Shown here: positions 48,878 to 57,435 of the stretch, piece by piece
How positions within the stretch are numbered: the stretch's first letter is position 1
Layout: each line of letters begins with the position of its first letter
Origin: Clostridia bacterium
GTDB lineage: Bacteria > Bacillota > Clostridia > Oscillospirales > Butyricicoccaceae
Assembly: GCA_017521295.1 (NCBI GenBank)
Contig: JAFXDF010000036.1
Coordinates: 1,275-65,274 of the forward strand
DNA length: 64,000 bases
Reading direction: 5' to 3'
The notes under the pieces: generated by a model
What the model saw: the letters and a program-made list of their open reading frames with translations, nothing else
What the model was told of the DNA's origin: nothing
The model's database searches: none
Position numbers and translations under genes: made by a program

Positions 48878-49672
48878 ATGAACGACTTGGAAAATAAAAT
48901 GATTGAAGCGCTGGTTGATGTGGGGAAAGATGTAACAAGTGATCTGGTAAGGCCTACGTCCAAAAGCGTGGGCGATAACATTGGACGCCTTGTAGATGGA
49001 GTAATGGGTTGGCTTGGATACTGGGGCGAAAAGCAAAAGGTCAAACAAGCTGTGTATCTAGAGGATTATAAGAGGAAAATAACGGAAAAGATTCTTGGAA
49101 TCCCAGAGCAAAAACTAATTGAACCCCCTATACGCCTTGTTGGACCAGCGATTGAAGCAAGCAAGTTTTTTATTGAGGAAGAGTATTGCAGGGATATGTT
49201 TGCAAAATTGATTGCCTCGGCATGCGACTCTTCCAAGGTGAACTCGGTGCATCCTGCATTCCCAGAAATAATTAAACAGTTAACCCCTTTGGATGCGAGG
49301 TTTTTACAACTGTTTAAGGAGCGGAGCACCTATCCGGCAGTAGAATTGACAGCTGTGCATCCGGATGAAATAGTATCACCGTTTCCTCATATGCTGTTCG
49401 ACTTCAAGGATAGCAATGCATCCTTCAACGCTGGTGAGCAGTTAGAATTGACAAAAACAATAGAAAACCTAATTCGATTCGGGCTCTTGATCAAGAATAC
49501 AGCGGTGCTTGAACTCAACTATAATTATGATAGTTTTAAGAACCACTGGTTCTATAAAGGCATTACCCCGACGCTTGATGAAGGCAGTAAATTACGGATC
49601 ACCAAATATCGAGTTGAACTCACATTGCTGGGACAGGACTTTCTGAAAACTTGCTTGCCCGAACAGGAGTGA
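48878..49672 (+). CDS. Abi-alpha (DUF4393) family protein
   Basis: 264 aa with family-typical stretches FAKLIASACD....VHPAFPEIIKQLTPLDARFLQL. GGAGGT RBS. Confidence 0.6.
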   Translation: MNDLENKMIEALVDVGKDVTSDLVRPTSKSVGDNIGRLVDGVMGWLGYWGEKQKVKQAVYLEDYKRKITEKILGIPEQKLIEPPIRLVGPAIEASKFFIEEEYCRDMFAKLIASACDSSKVNSVHPAFPEIIKQLTPLDARFLQLFKERSTYPAVELTAVHPDEIVSPFPHMLFDFKDSNASFNAGEQLELTKTIENLIRFGLLIKNTAVLELNYNYDSFKNHWFYKGITPTLDEGSKLRITKYRVELTLLGQDFLKTCLPEQE

Positions 49673-49709
49673 GGACATTTTTGTTTCCAGCTTGTTTACA
49701 AATGCAATA

Positions 49710-49738
49710 TTGACACCAGAACAAATGTTTGGTATCAT
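49710..49738 (+). promoter_or_regulatory. near-consensus sigma-A promoter with extended -10
   Basis: TTGACA (49710-49715), 17-nt spacer, TGgTATCAT (49730-49738). Confidence 0.55.
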
Positions 49739-49744
49739 GTAATT

Positions 49745-50075
49745 GTCCAAGCGGACAGACAACTTCATACATAGCTTAGGTCAAGTACGTGCCCTGGAGC
49801 CGCTTATTTCAACGTGATAGATAAGCGCTGACTTCCTACGTGCCGCTTGATACAGCTGTCGAGTACGAGCCCACCGGAGCGGGCGTTGCCAACAACGTCA
49901 ATGACTCCACCGAGCCGCTTGATGTTAGATCCTTTATCTGAAAGCAGTCAGATAAGGTTTTCTCATTGCGGCCAACGCCAGGGACCAGCTCAATACTCTT
50001 CCCAGTGACCGTAACCGGACATTGAGAGCCACAGGATCTGACATCCTGATGGCCCTGATGTCCGGTTTTTATTTT
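49745..50075 (+). ncRNA. candidate ~330-nt structured RNA (unclassified), or the first segment of a long leader
   Basis: Begins at the promoter above and ends at a hairpin plus T-run. No RBS-preceded ORF. Several stems (49801-49827, 49931-49957) and GCCGCTTGAT twice (49842, 49914). Confidence 0.3.
50015..50075 (+). terminator. compound hairpin plus T-run
   Basis: CCGGACAT (50015-50022) pairs with ATGTCCGG (50058-50065). Inner CAGGAT-CTGAC-ATCCTG stem. Followed by TTTTTATTTT. Confidence 0.5.
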
Positions 50076-50429
50076 CGCAAAAAGGGCTTTGCGACCATGA
50101 AGCGAACCGCTCCGTGCATTGGATAACTTCATAAAACTCCACCGAATAACGACCTCTCTGTATGATCGGGAAACCGATGAGCCAGGTCGGAGGGGGCGCC
50201 AAGACTCCGTTACGCAGGCGACGGACGAGCGACAACCACCAACTCCGAGCAATCCGGACAGTTCCCGGAGGCGGCGACGACAGCAGAGAGCAGAGACTCC
50301 CCACTAGCCACAGTCCGAGCGTGATAACAACCGTCGCAGGCAATGGGGTGAGAGGCTTCGTAAGTCAATCGGAGATTGCAAAATGAGCGCCGACCAACTA
50401 TCGGCGGTTCGATGGAGAAAACCTTACGA

Positions 50430-50458
50430 AGACTTCCAAGGGAGAAGTCTATCTTTTT
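50430..50458 (+). promoter_or_regulatory. attenuator-like hairpin plus T-run just upstream of the rep-like gene RBS
   Basis: AGACTTC-CAAGGGA-GAAGTCT followed by ATCTTTTTA. AGGAGG at 50484-50489. Confidence 0.35.
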
Positions 50459-50498
50459 ATCAAAAATTCTATGGAAGAAAACCAGGAGGACAAATCTA

Positions 50499-52244
50499 TT
50501 GACCAAATTACAAGAAAACATTTACGCACCCAACTACAAAGTGGAAGATGGCTGTCTGGTGGAAGTGCGCAGCAATCGCCAAGGGCCGTATGACCAAAAG
50601 TTGTGCAATTTTTTGCCCTGGCTGGTCAGCGAAATCGCGGTGGACAACGGTATGGAAAAGACTACTCGAATCGTGCTCTCCGGTGTTCATGCTGACGGTC
50701 ACACCCTGCCTGAAGTGGAGATCCCCGCCTCGGAGTTCGCCGGTTTCGGCTGGCTGTTCAAATACTGGGGCATGGACTGCAATCTGGAAACAGCTCACGG
50801 CGTAAAAGACAGTCTGCGGTACGCCATCCAGAGTACCGCACCCAACGCTGAGCATCGATCGGTGTATGAAGTCACCGGCTGGCATGATGATAACGGAAGC
50901 TGGCAGTTCCTGATGCCGGGGGATGACGCGCAGTCCGTTGTGCTTCCCAGCAATATGAAAGGCTATCACATGGAGCACCGGTGTGATGAAGCAGATATCG
51001 CCTCGGCACTGGCGCTAATGGAAGCAGATCTGGCGCCTGCTGAAATCATCTGGCCCATGCTGGCCTTCACCTTTCTCTCTCCGCTGAATCATTTTCTTCG
51101 GCTGGCTGGATGTGAGCCAAAGTTTGTACTGTTTCTGGTAGGAAAAACCGGAAGTCGCAAAAGTACATTAGCAGCATTGTTCCTTTCCTTCTTCGGAATG
51201 TTTAATGGAGCAAATCTGCCGCTGTCCTTCCGCGATACTGCCAACAGTGTCCTGCATCATACGTTTACCTTGAAAGACGTACTTACTTGCATCGACGACT
51301 TTCATCCTACCGGCCGAAAGGAAACCACAAGTATGAATGCCATGGCGCAGGCTATCATGCGTGCCTACGGTGATCGCACCGGCAGAGGCCGTCTGCGCGC
51401 CGATGCATCACCTATGGAATCGCTGCCGCCCCAAGGCAATGCCATCATCACTGCCGAGTTCCCGCCGGACATTGGTGAAAGCGGAACCGCCCGCTATTTT
51501 GCGCTGGAGCTGATGGAAGGCGATGTGGATCTGGAAGTGCTGACAGCCTTTCAAAAGCAGGCCGAGAGCGGCGTGCTCCAGCGATGTATGTACGGCTATC
51601 TGGAATGGCTGAAAGAAACCTATCTCTGGAATGTGGATGGTTTCCTTGCTGATTTGAAAACACAGTTCGAATATTGGCGGGACATCTTCCGCCAACAGTG
51701 TCCCAACTGCCATGGGCGTGTGCCGGAAGCGGTGGCATGGCTGGTGATCGGAATGCGCTATCTGTTGTCTTATCTGCAAGACCAGTTGGAATTGGCAGAA
51801 GCGGAGTGTGAAAGTTACCGTCAGCGATTCTACTCCATTCTGAAAATGCTGGCAGAGCGACAGGCATCCAACATCGTGCAGGACAAGCCTACCCATAAGT
51901 TTTTGCAGAAGCTGTACGCACTGTTGGAGAGCGGGCAGAACTGTCTGCTGCCGCGGCACGCAGTACATGAGTATCTGCCGCCCAACTGTCTTGGCTATGA
52001 AGATGATACTTACCTCTATCTGTTCAGCGAGATTGCGCTGGAGGCCGTACAGGAGTTGTGTGACAGGCAGGGTGAGGCATTCAACATCAAAAACAAGGAG
52101 TTGCTGAAACAGTTAGCACAGGAAGGTGTGCTGGAGCCTGCAGGTAAGCAGAACACCAAGTCCATCCGCTTTGATGGTAAGAGCAAGCGGGTGGCCTGTT
52201 TATATAAAAGGAGGACCGAGCAGATCCGTGATCTGGCTTCGTAA
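50499..52244 (+). CDS. P-loop NTPase of the DUF927 / SF3-helicase (primase-helicase) type, putative element replication protein
   Basis: Walker A GKTGSRKST and Walker B LTCIDDF. Preferred start is TTG at 50499, 9 nt after AGGAGG. Alternative in-frame starts exist at 50412 and 50376. Confidence 0.55.
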   Translation: MTKLQENIYAPNYKVEDGCLVEVRSNRQGPYDQKLCNFLPWLVSEIAVDNGMEKTTRIVLSGVHADGHTLPEVEIPASEFAGFGWLFKYWGMDCNLETAHGVKDSLRYAIQSTAPNAEHRSVYEVTGWHDDNGSWQFLMPGDDAQSVVLPSNMKGYHMEHRCDEADIASALALMEADLAPAEIIWPMLAFTFLSPLNHFLRLAGCEPKFVLFLVGKTGSRKSTLAALFLSFFGMFNGANLPLSFRDTANSVLHHTFTLKDVLTCIDDFHPTGRKETTSMNAMAQAIMRAYGDRTGRGRLRADASPMESLPPQGNAIITAEFPPDIGESGTARYFALELMEGDVDLEVLTAFQKQAESGVLQRCMYGYLEWLKETYLWNVDGFLADLKTQFEYWRDIFRQQCPNCHGRVPEAVAWLVIGMRYLLSYLQDQLELAEAECESYRQRFYSILKMLAERQASNIVQDKPTHKFLQKLYALLESGQNCLLPRHAVHEYLPPNCLGYEDDTYLYLFSEIALEAVQELCDRQGEAFNIKNKELLKQLAQEGVLEPAGKQNTKSIRFDGKSKRVACLYKRRTEQIRDLAS

Positions 52245-52383
52245 AACCATGTGTGGCGGGTGTGGTAACGGCGCAAAATAGGCGATTTGTGGCGGCAAAG
52301 TGTCCTGCGGGAATGTGCTCGAAACCCTTGCAAACAGCGGAACACGGGCGGTTTTTGCGCCAACGACAGCGGCCTGTGTGCCT

Positions 52384-52476
52384 GCATCTGCTGTGCGTCT
52401 GCAATGCCGCTTTTGTGCATCTGATCGGGCATCTGCAAACCCCTTGCAACGACTGCACTTTTGCCCTCTGCATCTG
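52384..52476. repeat. iteron-like cluster of GCATCTG motifs
   Basis: GCATCTG at 52384, 52417, 52429 and 52470, plus the variant GCGTCTG at 52395. TGCATCTGAT occurs twice. Confidence 0.4.
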
Positions 52477-52655
52477 ATGCCACACGTAAAGCACAGTGGA
52501 TTACCCCTTTGGGGGTGACAAGTTTCGCCTTTGTGGTACGGAATCGGGGCGATTGCCCCGTTCCGCCCACTTTGGCAGTTGCGGGCTAAGCCCACACCCC
52601 TACAAGCTGCGTGCACTTCTGCTGAAGTGCAAAAACCGCCTGCGGCTTCGCAGCT

Positions 52656-52679
52656 TCAAAGGGGGACCAGTCCCCCTTT
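52656..52679. repeat. perfect 10-bp inverted repeat (oriT hairpin candidate) upstream of mobC
   Basis: CAAAGGGGGA-CCAG-TCCCCCTTTG. Confidence 0.4.
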
Positions 52680-52737
52680 GAGGAACCCCCAGCTCTCCGA
52701 GGGGATAAAAATATTTTAATGAAATGGAGGAAACAAA

Positions 52738-53049
52738 ATGGCAAAAGATAATTTCATCCGTCTGCGTGTTGCAGGCTGGGAGAAAGACTACATCCAGCAC
52801 AAAGCAGCAAGTGCAGATATGACACTCTCTGAGTTCGTCCGCAGGGCGGCGATGCATCAGAAAGTAAACGTACTCAGTGGCACTGACGAAGAAGTGTTGC
52901 AGGAGCTTCGACGCCAGGGCAACAATTTAAATCAGCTGACCGTCATGGCGCGGCAGGGTCGTATTCAGTTCGTCAACTTCGAACCCTTCATGGAGGTGTA
53001 TGAAAAAACATGGCAAGCGTTAAATTCGTCGGTGTCTCGTGTAGTCTGA
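52738..53049 (+). CDS. mobC: MobC-family relaxosome accessory protein
   Basis: 103 aa with motif IRLRV...E...I...A....MTLSEFVRRAA and NLNQL. Confidence 0.8.
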   Translation: MAKDNFIRLRVAGWEKDYIQHKAASADMTLSEFVRRAAMHQKVNVLSGTDEEVLQELRRQGNNLNQLTVMARQGRIQFVNFEPFMEVYEKTWQALNSSVSRVV

Positions 53050-53987
53050 AAGACATCATGGACTACATCACCAACCGTGAGAAAACAACTGACAGCCTTG
53101 TCACCGGTGTCAATTGTGTAGCCCAGTCTGCGCTTTATGAATTTGAAACGGTGAAAAAGAAGTTCCACAAAACCGACGGACGCAGCTACTACCATATCGT
53201 GCAGGCGTTCTCACCTGATGATAAATTGGATTTCGACACCGCCCATGAGATCGGGCTGAAGTTCGCTCAGCAGTTCGGTGGTTACCAGTGTCTGGTAGCC
53301 ACCCACATGAATACCAAGCACATCCACAACCACATTGTGATGAACTCGGTGAACTACGAAACCGGCAAAAAGTTTCACCAGACTGCGCGGGAACTCAAGC
53401 AGGTGAAAGACTATTCCAACGAACTCTGTATGCAGTACGGATTGTCCGTTACGGAATCCAAAGCCGACCCGTTCCGCATTCCCACATGGAAGAAAAAACT
53501 GCAAAAGGATATTCGCCAAGCCATGGAAAACTCTCGAACGAAAAAGGAGTTCATCGAATACATGGAATGGTTCGGCTATGGCGTGGACTGGCAGAGCGAT
53601 ACCAAGTACATCACCTATACTACGCCCAACAATCTCAAATGCCGTGATAAAAAGCTGTTTGACCAGACGCTTCGTCGGGAGAACATGGAACTCTACTTCG
53701 CCATGGGTGGCTGCGCATATCTGGAAAGCCGTGAAGAGGCGACACCTTATGGTGAACAGCTCCCCACGGTGGATGACGCTGTCAGCGGTCTGGTTGCCAT
53801 CTTCGATGCACTGGCTGTCGGTGACAACAACCGTTTCCATATGGAGACCGTCCATCACAGCGAAGAAGAGATCGAGCGCATCCTACGCCACGGCGGTAAG
53901 ATCGACCGCACAGTCGAATACGCCGTCGATGATGAGGATGAAGAATATCAACAGTACCATGGCTTCGGCATGACCATGATGATGTGA
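53010..53987 (+). CDS. relaxase/mobilization nuclease (MobA/VirD2 family)
   Basis: 325 aa. YYHIVQAFSP and the histidine triad HMNTKHIHNHIVMNSV. Overlaps the end of mobC. Confidence 0.8.
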   Translation: MASVKFVGVSCSLKDIMDYITNREKTTDSLVTGVNCVAQSALYEFETVKKKFHKTDGRSYYHIVQAFSPDDKLDFDTAHEIGLKFAQQFGGYQCLVATHMNTKHIHNHIVMNSVNYETGKKFHQTARELKQVKDYSNELCMQYGLSVTESKADPFRIPTWKKKLQKDIRQAMENSRTKKEFIEYMEWFGYGVDWQSDTKYITYTTPNNLKCRDKKLFDQTLRRENMELYFAMGGCAYLESREEATPYGEQLPTVDDAVSGLVAIFDALAVGDNNRFHMETVHHSEEEIERILRHGGKIDRTVEYAVDDEDEEYQQYHGFGMTMMM

Positions 53988-53999
53988 GAAAGGAGAACA

Positions 54000-55166
54000 A
54001 TGGCAAGTATCAAAACCATCCATGAACGCAAATACAAAATCACCGTCAGCAACGGATACCATGCTGACGGCAGAAAGATCAGTCGGGCAAAAACCATCAC
54101 GGTCCCCGACCATGTACGCGAAAAAAGCATTCCCCAGTATGTGGCTCATGCTGCGGAAGAGTTTGAACGGGAAGTGAAACTGGGATACTCGGAGGACGGC
54201 GAGTTATCATTTGAAGAATATGCTGAGCGCTGGCTGGCGCGGCAGACCAAATATGCGCCCAGTACACTGGCCAGTTATCGGCGGATGCTGGCGCAGACCT
54301 ATCCTCATATCGGACAGATCAAGCTCAACCGCCTGCGACCCATCGCTCTGGAGAATATGCTGATGGAGTTGCGCAAGCGCACCCATCATGGCAAAACGGT
54401 GCAGGAAGCCACCGTGCAGAAATATCTGACGGTGGTCTCCGCCGTCCTTAGTGATGCCAAACGCAACGAGATCATTCAGAAGAACCCTGCCCGCATGATC
54501 GACCTGCCCGCAACCGAAAAGGCCAATCAGCAGATCCCGACGCCCGAAGAAGCCAAGCGGCTGCTTGAGATCCTGACCAATGAACCCGAGGAATATAAAC
54601 TATTCTATGCACTGGCCATTTACACCGGCTGCCGCCGTGGAGAACTGTGCGCCCTCCGCTGGTCGGACTTCACCTGCATTGGCTATGACGGCATTCTGAC
54701 CGTACAGCATTCTCGCAGCTCTGTTTTGGGACAGGGAATTGCGGAGGGTACTACAAAAAATGGGAAGGCACGCACAATCTATTTGTATGACGATATGATG
54801 AGTCTGCTCCGCGGCTACGGTCATTACAAACTGGAAGAAGCAAAACAGAACAAGCACCGGTTCAGTGAGTACCTGTTTGTCAACACCGACGGTACGCATA
54901 TGCATCCCGACACCTTCACCAAGCGCCTGCGTAAAATCTATGACCACAACGGATTCTCCAAACGTTTTCACCTGCACACCCTGCGGCATTATTTTGTCTC
55001 CACCATGCTGCATAGCGGCGTAGACAAACAGACGGTAGCGGATCTGGCCGGTCACGGCGACACTTCTTTTCTGGAACGCACCTACTGTCATCCGCAGATG
55101 GCACTCAAAGAGCAGGCCGCGAAAAAGATGTTTTCGTCCATGTTGGAAGAAGCTATCACAGGATAA
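54000..55166 (+). CDS. tyrosine-type site-specific integrase 1
   Basis: 388 aa. RRGELCALRW, HTLRHYF, and the LAGH...Y catalytic motifs. Confidence 0.85.
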   Translation: MASIKTIHERKYKITVSNGYHADGRKISRAKTITVPDHVREKSIPQYVAHAAEEFEREVKLGYSEDGELSFEEYAERWLARQTKYAPSTLASYRRMLAQTYPHIGQIKLNRLRPIALENMLMELRKRTHHGKTVQEATVQKYLTVVSAVLSDAKRNEIIQKNPARMIDLPATEKANQQIPTPEEAKRLLEILTNEPEEYKLFYALAIYTGCRRGELCALRWSDFTCIGYDGILTVQHSRSSVLGQGIAEGTTKNGKARTIYLYDDMMSLLRGYGHYKLEEAKQNKHRFSEYLFVNTDGTHMHPDTFTKRLRKIYDHNGFSKRFHLHTLRHYFVSTMLHSGVDKQTVADLAGHGDTSFLERTYCHPQMALKEQAAKKMFSSMLEEAITG

Positions 55167-55289
55167 TTGTTGCTTTGGTAGAACTTGAGCCCACGCCCAT
55201 TCTTTCAGTAGCTTTCTCGCCGTCTTTCGAGTATATTGTGTTTACAAAACCGGCCTCAGTAGTACTGAGGTTAGAAGGAGAGAACACAT

Positions 55290-56465
55290 ATGGCAAGTAT
55301 CCGAAAGCGTGGCGACAGCTATCTGATCATCGTATCCATGGGATATGACTACAATGGCAACCGCCGCAAAGCACAGCAGAAGACCGTCCATCCCCCAGCA
55401 TCGCTGACACCCAAGCAGAAAGAAAAATGGCTGAACGAACAGGCAGTCCTGTTCGAAATGGCCTGCAAGAAAGCAGGTCAGCAGGTCAACACAGGCATTA
55501 CACTGGCACAGTATATCGAACTTTGGCTGCAAGAGGTCGCACCCAACAAACTGGCCAAATCCACCATCACCCGTGAAAAGCAGGACATCGCACGCATCCT
55601 GCCTCATCTGGGAAACAGCAAACTCACCAAACTCCGCCCCGAGCACTTCCGAAAGCTGTATGCCGATTTGCGGAAAGAAAAGAATACGGTAACGGGAAAG
55701 CCGCTCTCCGAAAACACCGTTGCGGGAGTCCACGCATGTCTGTGCGGGATCCTCAGCGATGCTATGGAGGGCGGCTTTCTGGATCACAACCCCGCATGGC
55801 GTACCTATCGCTACACAGGAAAGAAAAAGGATAAAATCATTACCGATGAAGATACGGTGCAGAAACTGGTCACGGCGCTGGAACAGGAAAGCATCAAGTA
55901 TGAAACCTACTTCAAACTGGTGATTGCTACGGGCATGCGGCGGGGCGAGTGCTGTGGCCTAAAATGGTCGGATGTCGACTGGCAGGAACGGAGTATCCAC
56001 ATCCAGCGTAATGTGGTAAAAGTCACCGGCGAGGACATCATCGTAAAAGACACCAAGACCTCATCGGGCGACCGATACGTATACTTCTCTGCTGAGATGG
56101 AGAGCCTTCTACGGGAGTATCGACGGGAGTGCGAATGGGAAACCGAAGCCCACGACGAGCGAAGCCTGGCCGAAGATGATTATGTATTCCGTCGTCATGG
56201 ACAGCCATTACCCATGACACCCACCACCTTCACATGGCGCTTCAAACTGATTCTGAAGAAGCATGGCCTGCCTGAAAAGCTGAATGTGCATTCACTGCGA
56301 CATACCAACGCCAGCCTGCTGATTGCCAACGGCACCGATGTGGCAACAGTGGCTGGCCTGTTGGGACACTCGCAGCCGTCCACCACACTGGATATCTACA
56401 CCCACGCCTTCGATAAGAACAAAAAGGCTGCAAGCGCAGCGCTGCATGATGGACTGGAGATTTGA
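55290..56465 (+). CDS. tyrosine-type site-specific integrase 2
   Basis: 391 aa. RRGECCGLKW, HSLRHT, and LLGHS....IYTH. Confidence 0.85.
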   Translation: MASIRKRGDSYLIIVSMGYDYNGNRRKAQQKTVHPPASLTPKQKEKWLNEQAVLFEMACKKAGQQVNTGITLAQYIELWLQEVAPNKLAKSTITREKQDIARILPHLGNSKLTKLRPEHFRKLYADLRKEKNTVTGKPLSENTVAGVHACLCGILSDAMEGGFLDHNPAWRTYRYTGKKKDKIITDEDTVQKLVTALEQESIKYETYFKLVIATGMRRGECCGLKWSDVDWQERSIHIQRNVVKVTGEDIIVKDTKTSSGDRYVYFSAEMESLLREYRRECEWETEAHDERSLAEDDYVFRRHGQPLPMTPTTFTWRFKLILKKHGLPEKLNVHSLRHTNASLLIANGTDVATVAGLLGHSQPSTTLDIYTHAFDKNKKAASAALHDGLEI

Positions 56466-56534
56466 GTGTTGACAAATCCAGGCATGGAACATAGAATTAT
56501 ACTTACCAACATAATATAGAAAGAGGGTGATGCA

Positions 56535-56690
56535 ATGACCGACTACACCACGCTTGCACACGCATTCGAACTTGCAGGACATGTCGTGGGTATTTTCGCA
56601 CTGATGCAAAGATGCAAAGGAGAAGCCGGCATTGCTTCCGAAGCGCCGCAACGCATTGCATTGACTGGAATGGCCAACCAGCCTTTCTGA
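56535..56690 (+). CDS. small hypothetical ORF (51 aa)
   Basis: ATG after an AGAGGGTGA RBS-like sequence, followed by the terminator at 56725-56753. No recognisable motif. Confidence 0.25.
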   Translation: MTDYTTLAHAFELAGHVVGIFALMQRCKGEAGIASEAPQRIALTGMANQPF

Positions 56691-56724
56691 ATATTGTTGG
56701 CAGAGACACAGTCTCTTTAGCCGG

Positions 56725-56753
56725 GACGCGCTCTATTTGAGCGCGTCTTTGTT
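56725..56753 (+). terminator. intrinsic terminator
   Basis: GACGCGCTC-TATTT-GAGCGCGTC followed by TTTGTT. Confidence 0.5.
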
Positions 56754-56880
56754 CGTAGTTGACTCATTCAAGCGGTTGCGTAAGGCATCACATTTTTTGC
56801 AAAATAACGAGCAATTGGCTCTAACAATATACCGCAGCTAAAACAAATAGAACGCTGGCACAGTCATCTGTACCAGCGCT

Positions 56881-57246
56881 CTATTTGTTTTCATCCTTCG
56901 ATGCTTCTGTCGTTTCAGTCTCATTATTTTTCTGTTTCGTAGTTGCTATGTTATCTTTAGAAGATTCATTTAACAAGTTTTTCAAGGAATCACACACTTT
57001 AGTAAAATACTTAGCAATTGGCTCAAGCAGAATACCGCTTAGATATTGAGCTTGGGGAACAAATTCTGCAGCGAAGTTAATTGTTAGAGCAATTACGCCA
57101 TAACCCAGAAGTAAATATAATACTTTCGTAACACCTTTCCAAAAAACCTGCTTATTGAATCCCTCTTTCCAGGTGCCATATCCAGTTCCAATTATTTGAT
57201 TAACCACCATTAAGGCTATTAAGACACCGATCAACTTAAAACTCAT
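56881..57246 (-). CDS. holin-like small membrane protein
   Basis: 121 aa with 3 TM helices and a charged, polar C-terminal tail. AT-rich. Confidence 0.4.
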   Translation of the reverse strand: MSFKLIGVLIALMVVNQIIGTGYGTWKEGFNKQVFWKGVTKVLYLLLGYGVIALTINFAAEFVPQAQYLSGILLEPIAKYFTKVCDSLKNLLNESSKDNIATTKQKNNETETTEASKDENK

Positions 57247-57435
57247 AGACTATGAAACACCTCCTCTCTTTGGGATGGCTATTTTATATGGCATTATTAT
57301 AAAACTTTTCTATGTATAATGCAAATGGATTGTCAAGTTACCTAAATCAATAAAAACCACCAAAAACATTTCGTTTCTGGTGGTTTTAGGTGCATCTATC
57401 TAGTTAAACCAGCAATTTTTAGCGCCGGAGAATTA

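Noticed and set aside
49836-50386. ORFs of 62-138 aa on both strands inside the ORF-free region
   Set aside because: They have no RBS, are arginine/serine/proline-rich with odd composition, overlap one another, and cross predicted hairpins and a terminator.
50376-50498. Upstream in-frame extension of the rep-like ORF (MQNERRPTIGGSMEKTL...)
   Set aside because: The extension crosses the attenuator-like hairpin and has no RBS. The TTG at 50499 sits 9 nt after a perfect AGGAGG. The ATG at 50412 cannot be excluded.
52016-52719. Several 60-184-aa ORFs in the rep-mobC gap
   Set aside because: They have no RBS, overlap one another on both strands, and have a Cys/Arg/His-rich composition. The region is better explained as origin-type non-coding DNA.
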